NCBI GenBank assembly: GCA_015063765.1
Contig: SVTN01000003.1
Coordinates: 1-35,882 of the forward strand
DNA length: 35,882 bases
Direction of reading: 5' to 3'
Origin: Oscillospiraceae bacterium
GTDB taxonomy: Bacteria > Bacillota > Clostridia > Oscillospirales > CAG-272
Numbering within the stretch: position 1 is the first letter of the stretch; each line of letters starts with the position of its first letter. Below, in pieces: positions 1-7,339 of this stretch. The notes beneath the pieces are model-generated. The model was given only the letters and a program-made list of their open reading frames with translations, was not told the DNA's origin and searched no databases. Made by a program: the position numbers and the translations under genes.

Positions 1-161
1 TATGCCCTCTTGGGCGTGAGGGGATTTATATCATATCGCATTGGAGCGAAGCGACAATATATCGCACGAGCAAAGCGAGTATATCGCGTTTGCTTGCAAA
101 CATATCGCCAAGCAGAAAAAAGAGATAGCATTTCGGCTACGAACCGATTTGTTATCTCTTT
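1..161. repeat. Structured repeat element (4x ATATCGC separated by mini-hairpins, closed by a long hairpin); probably cut by the left window edge
   Basis: ATATCGC at 33-39, 59-65, 81-87, 102-108; spacers attgGAgcGAAgcGAcaat, acGAgcAAAgcGAgt and gtttgc-tt-gcaaac are self-complementary; imperfect IR 119-130/150-161. Confidence 0.7.
116..161. terminator. Putative terminator hairpin, possibly bidirectional
   Basis: aaagagatagca...tgttatctcttt; A-run at 116-121 gives a U-tract on the minus strand, downstream of the minus-strand dehydrogenase. Confidence 0.5.
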
Positions 162-332
162 CTGTTGTATAAGGGTTTGGGCTTAGCCCATAATGCATTT
201 GACCGGTCAAATGCGATGCTCGCACTTAACGGTGTTGTCCAAATTCTCCGATAAGGACATCACCCATTTTGTTCTCTGTCCTTTTTCTTTTGGTATAAGA
301 TATACTGCTCTGTCACAGATACCTCTTATAGA

Positions 333-1571
333 TCAGAAGTTTTCAAGCAGATATTTTTCCGCCTTCGCGCACCAAAGTCCGTTGGCTTCCTTCACAAGCG
401 TATCAAGGGTCGCAAAGCGGGCATCCGTCTTGCCAAGTGCTTCAAAATCGGCAAGGGCGGTGAGGGGAAGCTCGATGTGGTTGTAGATCAGCTTCTTTCC
501 GCCGGGGATGGAGGGCAGATTGACCGTCGTTTCGATGACGGCGTTCATACCGCCGATATGAGTGACCATGGGTGCAGGGTCGATGCGACCTTCGCCGATC
601 AGGCGGACGATATCCTTCATATCGTCGGGGGTCGAGCCGCTTGTGCCTGCATAATGGTGCTGCTGATAATGCACATCGTAAAAGTTTACGGGTGCGGAAA
701 AGGCTTTATCGGTAGGACCTGCAAAGAAGTTTAAGCATCCGTCGAAGCCGAGAAGGCTATCGCCCAGCGTTACAACGGCGGGAACGGGAGCGTAAACGAA
801 CACGTCGTCGTAGCCCTTGCCATCGTTGATGGCGAGAAGGCTGTCCTTATCCGTTGCGCTTGTGAAAACAAGGCGAATGCCGTCCTTTGCCGCCGCTTCG
901 GGAGAATAGATCTCTGCGGCACGCGCAAGGCGGGCTTCGTCAAGGTCGGTGACGACCACAAGCCCCGGCTTCACGTCGCCGTGGAGTGCGATATCAATGG
1001 CAACAAGCCCCATAGGACCGCAGCCTGCAAGGATGGCGACAGCGCCGCCCTCCTTGATGTTCATCTTGGGATGGTCACCGTCGGGCAGATGCAGGCTTGC
1101 CTTGTATCCGCGCAACACGCAGGAGGCAGGCTCGATGAGAGAGCCCTTGAAGAAGGCGTCGCCGCCAAACTTCTGCAAAAAGCCGTTTTCGATGATGTGC
1201 TCGTAAACGATGGAATAGGTGGAAACACCGCCAATCTCACCGAAGGAATAGCCAATGGTCTTGTTGCCGCCAAGGTAAGAAAGCACAGGGGGGCAGATGA
1301 CCTTGTCACCGACGGCAAAATCGTTTTTCCATCTTTCGCCGACCTCCACGATCTCGGCACAGAACTCGTGACCGATGATAACGGGATGCTCGGCAACGTC
1401 GTCGGGCACGCGCAGATGCTTTGCGCCCTGCTTGATGGTCTTATAGGTGGACATGCAAACGCTGTCCGAGATGATCTTGATCAAAATTTCGCCGTTTTTG
1501 ATCTCGGGAAGCGCAAACTCTTCAAGACGGACGTCGTTTTCGCCGTAAAGGCGGACTGCTTTCGTTTTCAT
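333..1571 (-). CDS. Zinc-binding (MDR) dehydrogenase, L-sorbose-1-phosphate reductase (SorE/YggP)-like
   Basis: 412 aa; MKTKAVRLYG start, SDSVCMST, IGHE Zn motif, AGCGPMG nucleotide-binding motif, C-terminal PGGKKLIY...W..AEKYLL typical of SorE-like proteins; SD aaggag upstream. Confidence 0.85.
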   Translation of the reverse strand: MKTKAVRLYGENDVRLEEFALPEIKNGEILIKIISDSVCMSTYKTIKQGAKHLRVPDDVAEHPVIIGHEFCAEIVEVGERWKNDFAVGDKVICPPVLSYLGGNKTIGYSFGEIGGVSTYSIVYEHIIENGFLQKFGGDAFFKGSLIEPASCVLRGYKASLHLPDGDHPKMNIKEGGAVAILAGCGPMGLVAIDIALHGDVKPGLVVVTDLDEARLARAAEIYSPEAAAKDGIRLVFTSATDKDSLLAINDGKGYDDVFVYAPVPAVVTLGDSLLGFDGCLNFFAGPTDKAFSAPVNFYDVHYQQHHYAGTSGSTPDDMKDIVRLIGEGRIDPAPMVTHIGGMNAVIETTVNLPSIPGGKKLIYNHIELPLTALADFEALGKTDARFATLDTLVKEANGLWCAKAEKYLLENF

Positions 1572-1583
1572 ATGATGCTCTCC

Positions 1584-2453
1584 TTATACTCTGCCCGCAG
1601 AGCCGAATACACGGATCTTGGTGCGGACGGCTTCCTTCATGCGTGCGCCTGCCTCTTCGAACACGAACGCGGGCCAGGTGGAGGGGTTCTCCATCGAATT
1701 AAGCTTGTTCTTAAGACCGAGGTTCATCGCGCCGACAACGTCCGAGAAAATGTTGATCTTGGTGATGCCGTGCTTGATCGCCGCCTGCACCTGATCGTCG
1801 GGCGTACCGCTTCCGCCGTGCAGAACGAGAGGAAGATCCGACACCGCGGTGATCTCGTCGAGGCGGTCGATGCGAAGGGTAGGCGTCTTGAGGTAAACGC
1901 CGTGTGCCGTACCGATGGCAATGGCAAGCGCGTCTACGTCGGTGATCTCGTGGAAGCGAACGACCTCAGCGGGCACCGTCAAGCTGTCCTCGGGATCCTC
2001 GTTCTTCACAGTGTCATTTTCGTTGCCGACCATGGCGTTGCCGACATGACCCAGCTCTGCCTCAACGGTTGCACCGTAGGAATGTGCAATTTTGACAACC
2101 TTTCTTGTCATTTCTGCGTTTTCGGCAAAGGGAAGCACAGAGCCGTCGTACATAACAGAGGAAAATCCAACCTCAAGTGCCGCACGGATGGCGTCGAAAT
2201 CGGTCGCATGGTCCAGATGCAAGCAAACGGGAACGGTGTAGTGCTTTGCCGCTTCCTTGATCATTGCGGTAAGGATGGGAAGTCCTTTTCCGTTAAAATC
2301 AACGCCGAGTGCCTGCAAAAGTGCGGGCGAGCGCTCCTCCTCACAGGTCTCAAGCACTGCGCGGAGCATTTCATAGTTGCTGACGTCAAAGGCGGGGATG
2401 GCATAGTGCTTTGCCTTCGCATCGGCAAGCATTTCCTTCATGGATACAAGCAT
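1584..2453 (-). CDS. Class II ketose-bisphosphate (fructose/tagatose) aldolase
   Basis: Start moved to ATG 2453 (MLVSMKEML) with GGAGGA SD at 2461-2466; motifs HLDH, FSSVMYDGS, EAELG, AIGTAHG, LVLHGGSG, KINI. Confidence 0.92.
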   Translation of the reverse strand: MLVSMKEMLADAKAKHYAIPAFDVSNYEMLRAVLETCEEERSPALLQALGVDFNGKGLPILTAMIKEAAKHYTVPVCLHLDHATDFDAIRAALEVGFSSVMYDGSVLPFAENAEMTRKVVKIAHSYGATVEAELGHVGNAMVGNENDTVKNEDPEDSLTVPAEVVRFHEITDVDALAIAIGTAHGVYLKTPTLRIDRLDEITAVSDLPLVLHGGSGTPDDQVQAAIKHGITKINIFSDVVGAMNLGLKNKLNSMENPSTWPAFVFEEAGARMKEAVRTKIRVFGSAGRV

Positions 2454-2478
2454 TGTTTTTTCCTCCAAAAAATAAAAC

Positions 2479-2507
2479 TTGACATTTATTTGATTTACCG
2501 TTATAAT
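2479..2507 (+). promoter_or_regulatory. sigmaA promoter for the acyltransferase-DeoR genes
   Basis: TTGACA 2479-2484, 17 bp, TATAAT 2502-2507 (perfect consensus). Confidence 0.8.
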
Positions 2508-2534
2508 TATAGCGAACAAACATTTCGAAATCAA
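2506..2534 (-). promoter_or_regulatory. sigmaA promoter for the aldolase-dehydrogenase operon
   Basis: Minus strand TTGATT (2534-2529), 17 bp, TATAAT (2511-2506). Confidence 0.7.
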
Positions 2535-2585
2535 TAGTTGTTCGAAATCTTTTGAAATGAACTTTTTTTCGAACAAAAAGAACAT
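2513..2585. promoter_or_regulatory. Candidate DeoR-family operator repeats
   Basis: CGAACAAA at 2513 and 2570; TTCGAA at 2524, 2541, 2568; GAACAAAAAGAACA; resembles GlpR/DeoR TGTTCG/CGAACA half-sites; DeoR gene nearby. Confidence 0.5.
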
Positions 2586-2639
2586 TTTTTGATTGCACCT
2601 TTGCATATCATTTTAATCACGTTCCCAAAGGAGAAGGAC

Positions 2640-3464
2640 ATGTATTACAGGCACGACCTTGACTACGTCTACCCCGAGAGATGCGACGAGCACATGATCA
2701 CCGTCAACAAGAAAAGAGAGATCAAATACGACGAAAATTACCCTTATTTAAAGAAGGGCTTTTTCTTCGCCATTGCGCGCGGCGTTTTCTTCGTTTTGCT
2801 CTATATCGTCGTTTTCCCTCTTTTGCGCCTCGTCCTCGGCTTACGCATTGAAGGACGCAAAAACGTCAGACGCAACAGAAAGCTTTTCAAAAACGGTCTT
2901 ATCACCGTATCCAACCACGTCTTCATGTGGGATTTTCTGTGCGTGATGCGTGCCATCCATCCCCGTCTTGCCCGCTTCCCCGCCTGGAAGGAAAATCTCG
3001 ACGGCAATCTGCGCTGGCTCATTCGCTGGGCGGGCGGCATTCCCATCCCGACCGAAAGCTTCCGCGCCATGGCAAAATGCAACCGCGCCATAGAGGAGGT
3101 CCTAGAAAAGGGAAAGACCCTGCACTTCTTCCCCGAGGGCTCGATGTGGTTTTACTATCCCGACATCCGTCCCTTTAAGCTGGCGGTGTTCAAATACGCC
3201 GTCAAATACGATAAGCCCGTCCTTCCCATCTCTCTCTCCTTCCGTCCGCGCCGCGGACTCTATAAGCTCTTCGGCAAGAGCCCCTGCGTCGATATGCATA
3301 TCGGCGAGCCGCTTCTCATAGACAAAAGCCTTACAAAGCTTGCCGCCGCGGAGGACCTGCGTGCCCGTGCTTACCACGTCATTCAGGGAATGAACGGCAT
3401 CCACCCCGGCGACCCCACCTACAACACCGACCAAAGTCTTGACAATTACCAAAAAACGATGTAA
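2640..3464 (+). CDS. Lysophospholipid acyltransferase (1-acyl-sn-glycerol-3-phosphate acyltransferase, PlsC family)
   Basis: Start ATG 2640 after aaggag/aagga; NH(x4)D motif SNHVFMWD, FFPEG, N-terminal hydrophobic segment. Confidence 0.85.
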   Translation: MYYRHDLDYVYPERCDEHMITVNKKREIKYDENYPYLKKGFFFAIARGVFFVLLYIVVFPLLRLVLGLRIEGRKNVRRNRKLFKNGLITVSNHVFMWDFLCVMRAIHPRLARFPAWKENLDGNLRWLIRWAGGIPIPTESFRAMAKCNRAIEEVLEKGKTLHFFPEGSMWFYYPDIRPFKLAVFKYAVKYDKPVLPISLSFRPRRGLYKLFGKSPCVDMHIGEPLLIDKSLTKLAAAEDLRARAYHVIQGMNGIHPGDPTYNTDQSLDNYQKTM

Positions 3465-3481
3465 TTGACAGAGGAACAAGC

Positions 3482-4195
3482 ATGGAAGAAAGACAAAAGG
3501 ATATCCTCAAGCTTTTATACGAGAAAGGGCGTGTTTCGGTTGCAGATCTTTCAAGATCGCTCTATGTTTCCGAAATGACGGTCCGGCGCGATCTTGCCGA
3601 AATGGAAAAGGGCGGCTATCTCCGCCGTTACCGCGGCGGTGCCGTTTTAAAGCAGAGCGACGGCGAGATGCCCGTATCCGAGCGCTATTTTATGAACCGT
3701 GAGGAAAAGCAATCCCTCGCACAGCGTGCCGCCGAGCATCTCTCGGACGGCATCACCGTTTTCCTCGACAGCTCCTCGACCTGCCTTTATCTGCTCCCCT
3801 ATCTTTCAAAGCACAAGGGCATCACCCTTGTGACCAACTCGGTCAAAACACTCCTGTCCGCCGCGGAAAACCATATTCCCACCATCCTCATCGGCGGCGA
3901 ATATTACGAGCAGGATATGTGCCTTGTCGGCTCGCTTGCCGAGGAAAGCGTCCGCGCCCTCAACGTCGATATTGCCTTTTTCACCACCGCGGCATACGAC
4001 GAAAAAAGCGGGATCATTTCCGATTTCGATCTGCGCCAAACGGCGATCCGCCGCTTGATCTTAAAAAACGCAGAAAAAAGCATCTTTCTTTTCGAGTCCT
4101 ACAAGCTCGGCAAACGCCTCCTTTACACCCTCGCGCATAAAAACGAGGTGTCTGCCGTTCTGCTCAGCCAAACCCCTTTAGAGAAGCAAACATAA
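3482..4195 (+). CDS. DeoR/GlpR family transcriptional regulator
   Basis: 237 aa; VSEMTVRRDL HTH, RYRGGA, FLDSSST, VTNS, IGGE. Confidence 0.93.
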   Translation: MEERQKDILKLLYEKGRVSVADLSRSLYVSEMTVRRDLAEMEKGGYLRRYRGGAVLKQSDGEMPVSERYFMNREEKQSLAQRAAEHLSDGITVFLDSSSTCLYLLPYLSKHKGITLVTNSVKTLLSAAENHIPTILIGGEYYEQDMCLVGSLAEESVRALNVDIAFFTTAAYDEKSGIISDFDLRQTAIRRLILKNAEKSIFLFESYKLGKRLLYTLAHKNEVSAVLLSQTPLEKQT

Positions 4196-4267
4196 AAAGC
4201 AAACAAAAATTGATACCTATAGAGAAAACCGTAGGTTTTCGACCTTAAAATTCAAATGAGCAAAAAT

Positions 4268-4298
4268 AAAGGCAGGAAACAAGTTCCTGCCTTTTATT
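4268..4298. terminator. Bidirectional rho-independent terminator
   Basis: aaaggcaggaa / ttcctgccttt stem flanked by A- and T-rich tracts between convergent genes. Confidence 0.75.
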
Positions 4299-4396
4299 CA
4301 TGAAATTTCTTTTTGTTTGCGGTTATGCCTAAATGTGACAGCCCCTTCTGTCTATATTCTTAACAAACCTGCATTTCTGCCGGCTTCTTTATGATT

Positions 4397-5230
4397 TCAT
4401 CTGACAATAACCTTTCCCTTTGCCCACGGCGCATCAAAAATGATCTCGCCGACCGAAGGCGCGGTGACCGTACCGCGCAGCGGATTTTTCACGCTGTCGA
4501 TGTGCGTTTTTACGCTTGCCTTGACGCTCGATTTTTCAAAGGCGAGATCGGTATTCTCCATCTCGCAATCCACAAGGCGCAAGCCACGGCAGTAGCAAAG
4601 CGGCTGTGTGCCGATGATCTTACAACGGATCAGCGTGAGGTTTTTCGAATACCAGCCAAGATACTCGCCCTTCAGGACGGAATCCGTTACAGTCACGTTT
4701 TCGGCATGCCAAAAGGCGTCCTTGGTGTTAAAATCGCACCGATCGATCACAGCGCCCTTCACGTATTGGAAGGAGTATTTTCCCGTGAAGGTGACGTTTT
4801 TTAAAAAGAGCTTTTCGCCGCGCAGAAGGAAATATTCTCCCTCGGCGCGCGTATTCTCCATATGTAAGCCCTTCGTCGACCAGCCAAACTCGGGGGACTT
4901 GATGTCAGAGTCGGTGATACGGACGTTTTTGCACTCTCTTAACGCCTTAATGCCGTGCATTTTGGTGTTCTCCACCGCAATTTTGCTCGAATACCAAAGT
5001 GCCGCGCGGCAATTCTCCGTCATCTCCGTGCTTGAAATGCGCACACCGTCATCGTGCCAAAAGGGGTATCTCAAATCAAAATAACAATTTTCCGTGACGA
5101 TATCCCGACATTCTTTTAAAGCACTCTCACCGTCGGCAGGTCCTTCGAAGCGACAATCCTTCACCGAGAGCGATGCTTCGCCGTACAGCGCACGCTCCGC
5201 ATCAAGCAAAAGTCCTTCTATATTTTTCAC
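4397..5230 (-). CDS. DUF3737 family protein (beta-helix-like repeats)
   Basis: 277 aa, GTG start with GAGG SD; ERALY, DGESALKE, LRYPFWH, GKYSFQY, KDAFWH, GEYLGW, GTQPLCY, DLAFE, IDSVKNP. Confidence 0.85.
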   Translation of the reverse strand: MKNIEGLLLDAERALYGEASLSVKDCRFEGPADGESALKECRDIVTENCYFDLRYPFWHDDGVRISSTEMTENCRAALWYSSKIAVENTKMHGIKALRECKNVRITDSDIKSPEFGWSTKGLHMENTRAEGEYFLLRGEKLFLKNVTFTGKYSFQYVKGAVIDRCDFNTKDAFWHAENVTVTDSVLKGEYLGWYSKNLTLIRCKIIGTQPLCYCRGLRLVDCEMENTDLAFEKSSVKASVKTHIDSVKNPLRGTVTAPSVGEIIFDAPWAKGKVIVR

Positions 5231-5258
5231 GCCAATACCTCATGATCTTTTTTTAAGA

Positions 5259-5287
5259 ATTATAGCACATGTAAAGGAATTTATCAA
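5259..5287 (-). promoter_or_regulatory. sigmaA promoter (extended -10) for the DUF3737 gene
   Basis: Minus strand TTGATA (5287-5282), 17 bp, TGcTATAAT (-10 at 5264-5259). Confidence 0.7.
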
Positions 5288-5308
5288 CCTTTTTCCCTCT
5301 AAAAGCGT

Positions 5309-5337
5309 TTGACTTTTCTCTTTTCTTGTTGTATAAT
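5309..5337 (+). promoter_or_regulatory. sigmaA promoter
   Basis: TTGACT 5309-5314, 17 bp, TATAAT 5332-5337. Confidence 0.75.
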
Positions 5338-5368
5338 GCTTGTAGAACAAACGAAGAAGGTCCTTTTT

Positions 5369-6814
5369 ATGCTCAAGTCGCTCTTTAAGGGTATTTCCCC
5401 GTGGGGGTGTATCCTTTCCGTCATATCCGCGAGTCTGCTCGCCTTCACCCTATACAACGTTCACGACGTCGTGGATGTCACCGAGGGCGGCGTTCTGGGG
5501 CTTTCGCTCTTTTTCGATGAGGTATTACACATCTCTCCCGCCCAAACGACTGCCGTTTTAAACCTTCTGTGCTACATATTCGGCTTTCGCGTGCTGGGAC
5601 GGAGATTTATCGTCTATTCCGCCGTCGCAACGGCAGGCTTCTCCATCTCTTATGCCGTCTACGAGCAATTTCCACCCCTCTTTCCCGAAATTGCCGCCTA
5701 CCCGCTGGCAGCCGCCGTCCTCGGTGCGCTTCTCGTAGGGGTCACCTGCGGCATCTGCGTGCGCGTCGGCGGTGCACCGTCGGGTGACGATGCGCTTGCC
5801 ATGGCGCTCTCCCACAAGCTGCGCGTGAATATCTCATGGATCTACCTTGCAAGCGATCTCATCGTTCTTGCGCTCTCGCTCTCCTACATTCCCCTGCGCC
5901 GCATCCTATACTCACTTTTAACCGTTGTCCTTTCGGGACAGGTCATCGGATATATTGAAAAAATCGGAAGGAAACCCAGACGAATGCCAAGCTACAGGAT
6001 CATTGCCACCGACCTTGACGGAACACTTCTCAACTCTCAAAAGGAAGTCAGCCCCGAGAACATCCGCGCCATTGACGAAATGACAAAGATGGGCGTCTAT
6101 CTCGTTCCCTCCTCGGGAAGAACCCTCGGCGAGATCCCCGATTGCGTCCGTAACATTCAAAGTGCAAGGTACATCATCCACTCGGACGGCGCCGTCATCT
6201 ACGATACCAAGGAAAAACGTGCGGTCGATACGAGAAACATGAAAGGCGAAACCGCCCGCCGCGCGCTCGACATCTTCTATTCCTACGAATCTCTCCTCAC
6301 CGTCCGCGCAAACGGCATTCTTTACGTTGATGCCGACGAGCAAAGAGAGGATATTTACGACAGCTACCGCCTGCCGAGATCTTATCAGCCCGCGATGCTT
6401 CACCTTGCCCAACCGATCAAGGGCTTCAAGGAGTTCTGCTACGGACTTGACGAGATCGAAATGATCTGCACCTTCTTCAAATACGATGAGGAGTTAGAGG
6501 AATGCCGCGAGCGCTTGCGCGCTGACGGTGCCTACGGTGTCGCCGCCACCGAAACCACGAACATTGAGCTTTTTGACAAGGAAGCAGGCAAGGGCAACGC
6601 CCTTCTCCGTCTTGCGGATCTCTTAGGGATCGACCGAGGGGCAACCATCGCCGTCGGTGACAACATCAACGACCTTGACAATCTCTCCCACGCGGGGCTT
6701 GCTTTGGCAATGGAAAACGCCGTGGACGAGGTCAAGCGCGCATCTCACCGCACCGTATGTCACAACGACGCCCACGTCATGAAGTACATTTTGGAAAACA
6801 TTTTAAAGGAGTGA
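5369..6814 (+). CDS. Fusion: YitT-family membrane domain + Cof-type HAD-IIB hydrolase
   Basis: Start ATG 5369 (downstream of promoter). N-half hydrophobic with TEGGVLGL and GGAPSGDDALA; C-half with TDLDGTLL, SSGR, KGNAL, VGDNIND, AMENA; one continuous frame. Confidence 0.8.
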   Translation: MLKSLFKGISPWGCILSVISASLLAFTLYNVHDVVDVTEGGVLGLSLFFDEVLHISPAQTTAVLNLLCYIFGFRVLGRRFIVYSAVATAGFSISYAVYEQFPPLFPEIAAYPLAAAVLGALLVGVTCGICVRVGGAPSGDDALAMALSHKLRVNISWIYLASDLIVLALSLSYIPLRRILYSLLTVVLSGQVIGYIEKIGRKPRRMPSYRIIATDLDGTLLNSQKEVSPENIRAIDEMTKMGVYLVPSSGRTLGEIPDCVRNIQSARYIIHSDGAVIYDTKEKRAVDTRNMKGETARRALDIFYSYESLLTVRANGILYVDADEQREDIYDSYRLPRSYQPAMLHLAQPIKGFKEFCYGLDEIEMICTFFKYDEELEECRERLRADGAYGVAATETTNIELFDKEAGKGNALLRLADLLGIDRGATIAVGDNINDLDNLSHAGLALAMENAVDEVKRASHRTVCHNDAHVMKYILENILKE

Positions 6815-6823
6815 GATCATCTT

Positions 6824-7303
6824 ATGCATATCAGACGCGCCGAAGAACGTGACCTTCCCGAACTCAACCGCCTGCTTCATCAGGTGCTGGATGTCCACCA
6901 CGAGGGCCGTCCCGATCTTTTCAAGAGCGGAGCAAAAAAATATACCGATGAGGAGCTTGTCGCCATCCTGCACGACGACACCACCCCCGTCTTTGCCGCT
7001 GTGGGCGACGAGGGATATCTGTTGGGATACGCGTTCTGCATCTTCATTCAGCACAAGGACAACAACATTCTCACCGATGTCAAAACGCTCTACATCGACG
7101 ACCTCTGCGTGGACGAATGCACACGTGGAACGGGGGTTGGAAAAGCCCTCTACGAGCACGTCATTTCCTTTGCAAAGGCAAGCGATTGCTACAACGTTAC
7201 TCTCAACGTTTGGGCTTGTAACACGGGAGCGATCCGCTTTTACGAAAAGCTCGGGCTTGTGCCGCAAAAATACGGAATGGAAACCATACTTGACAAAAAC
7301 TAA
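6824..7303 (+). CDS. GNAT family N-acetyltransferase
   Basis: 159 aa; LYIDDLCVDE..RGTGVGKAL, LNVW..N..AIRFYEKLG; SD aaggag. Confidence 0.92.
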   Translation: MHIRRAEERDLPELNRLLHQVLDVHHEGRPDLFKSGAKKYTDEELVAILHDDTTPVFAAVGDEGYLLGYAFCIFIQHKDNNILTDVKTLYIDDLCVDECTRGTGVGKALYEHVISFAKASDCYNVTLNVWACNTGAIRFYEKLGLVPQKYGMETILDKN

Positions 7304-7339
7304 CATTTTTGCAAATAAAACGACGCAAAGGAGTATTTT

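Noticed and set aside
33-108. Possible CRISPR or mini-CRISPR array
   Set aside because: Repeats are only 7 bp, spacers are 14-19 bp and self-complementary, and no cas genes are present
31-486. Short ORFs 31-225 (-) and 193-486 (+)
   Set aside because: They overlap the hairpin region or the dehydrogenase, with no SD or recognisable protein features
981-2537. 518-aa + strand ORF
   Set aside because: Antisense shadow of the aldolase and dehydrogenase genes; no recognisable motifs, and biased codon use explains the lack of antisense stops
2454-2606. N-terminal extensions in the ORF track (also at 2589, 5309, 15774, 25308, 26392, 29796, 33070)
   Set aside because: They run through promoters or upstream genes; downstream starts fit SD sequences, promoter positions and family N-termini better
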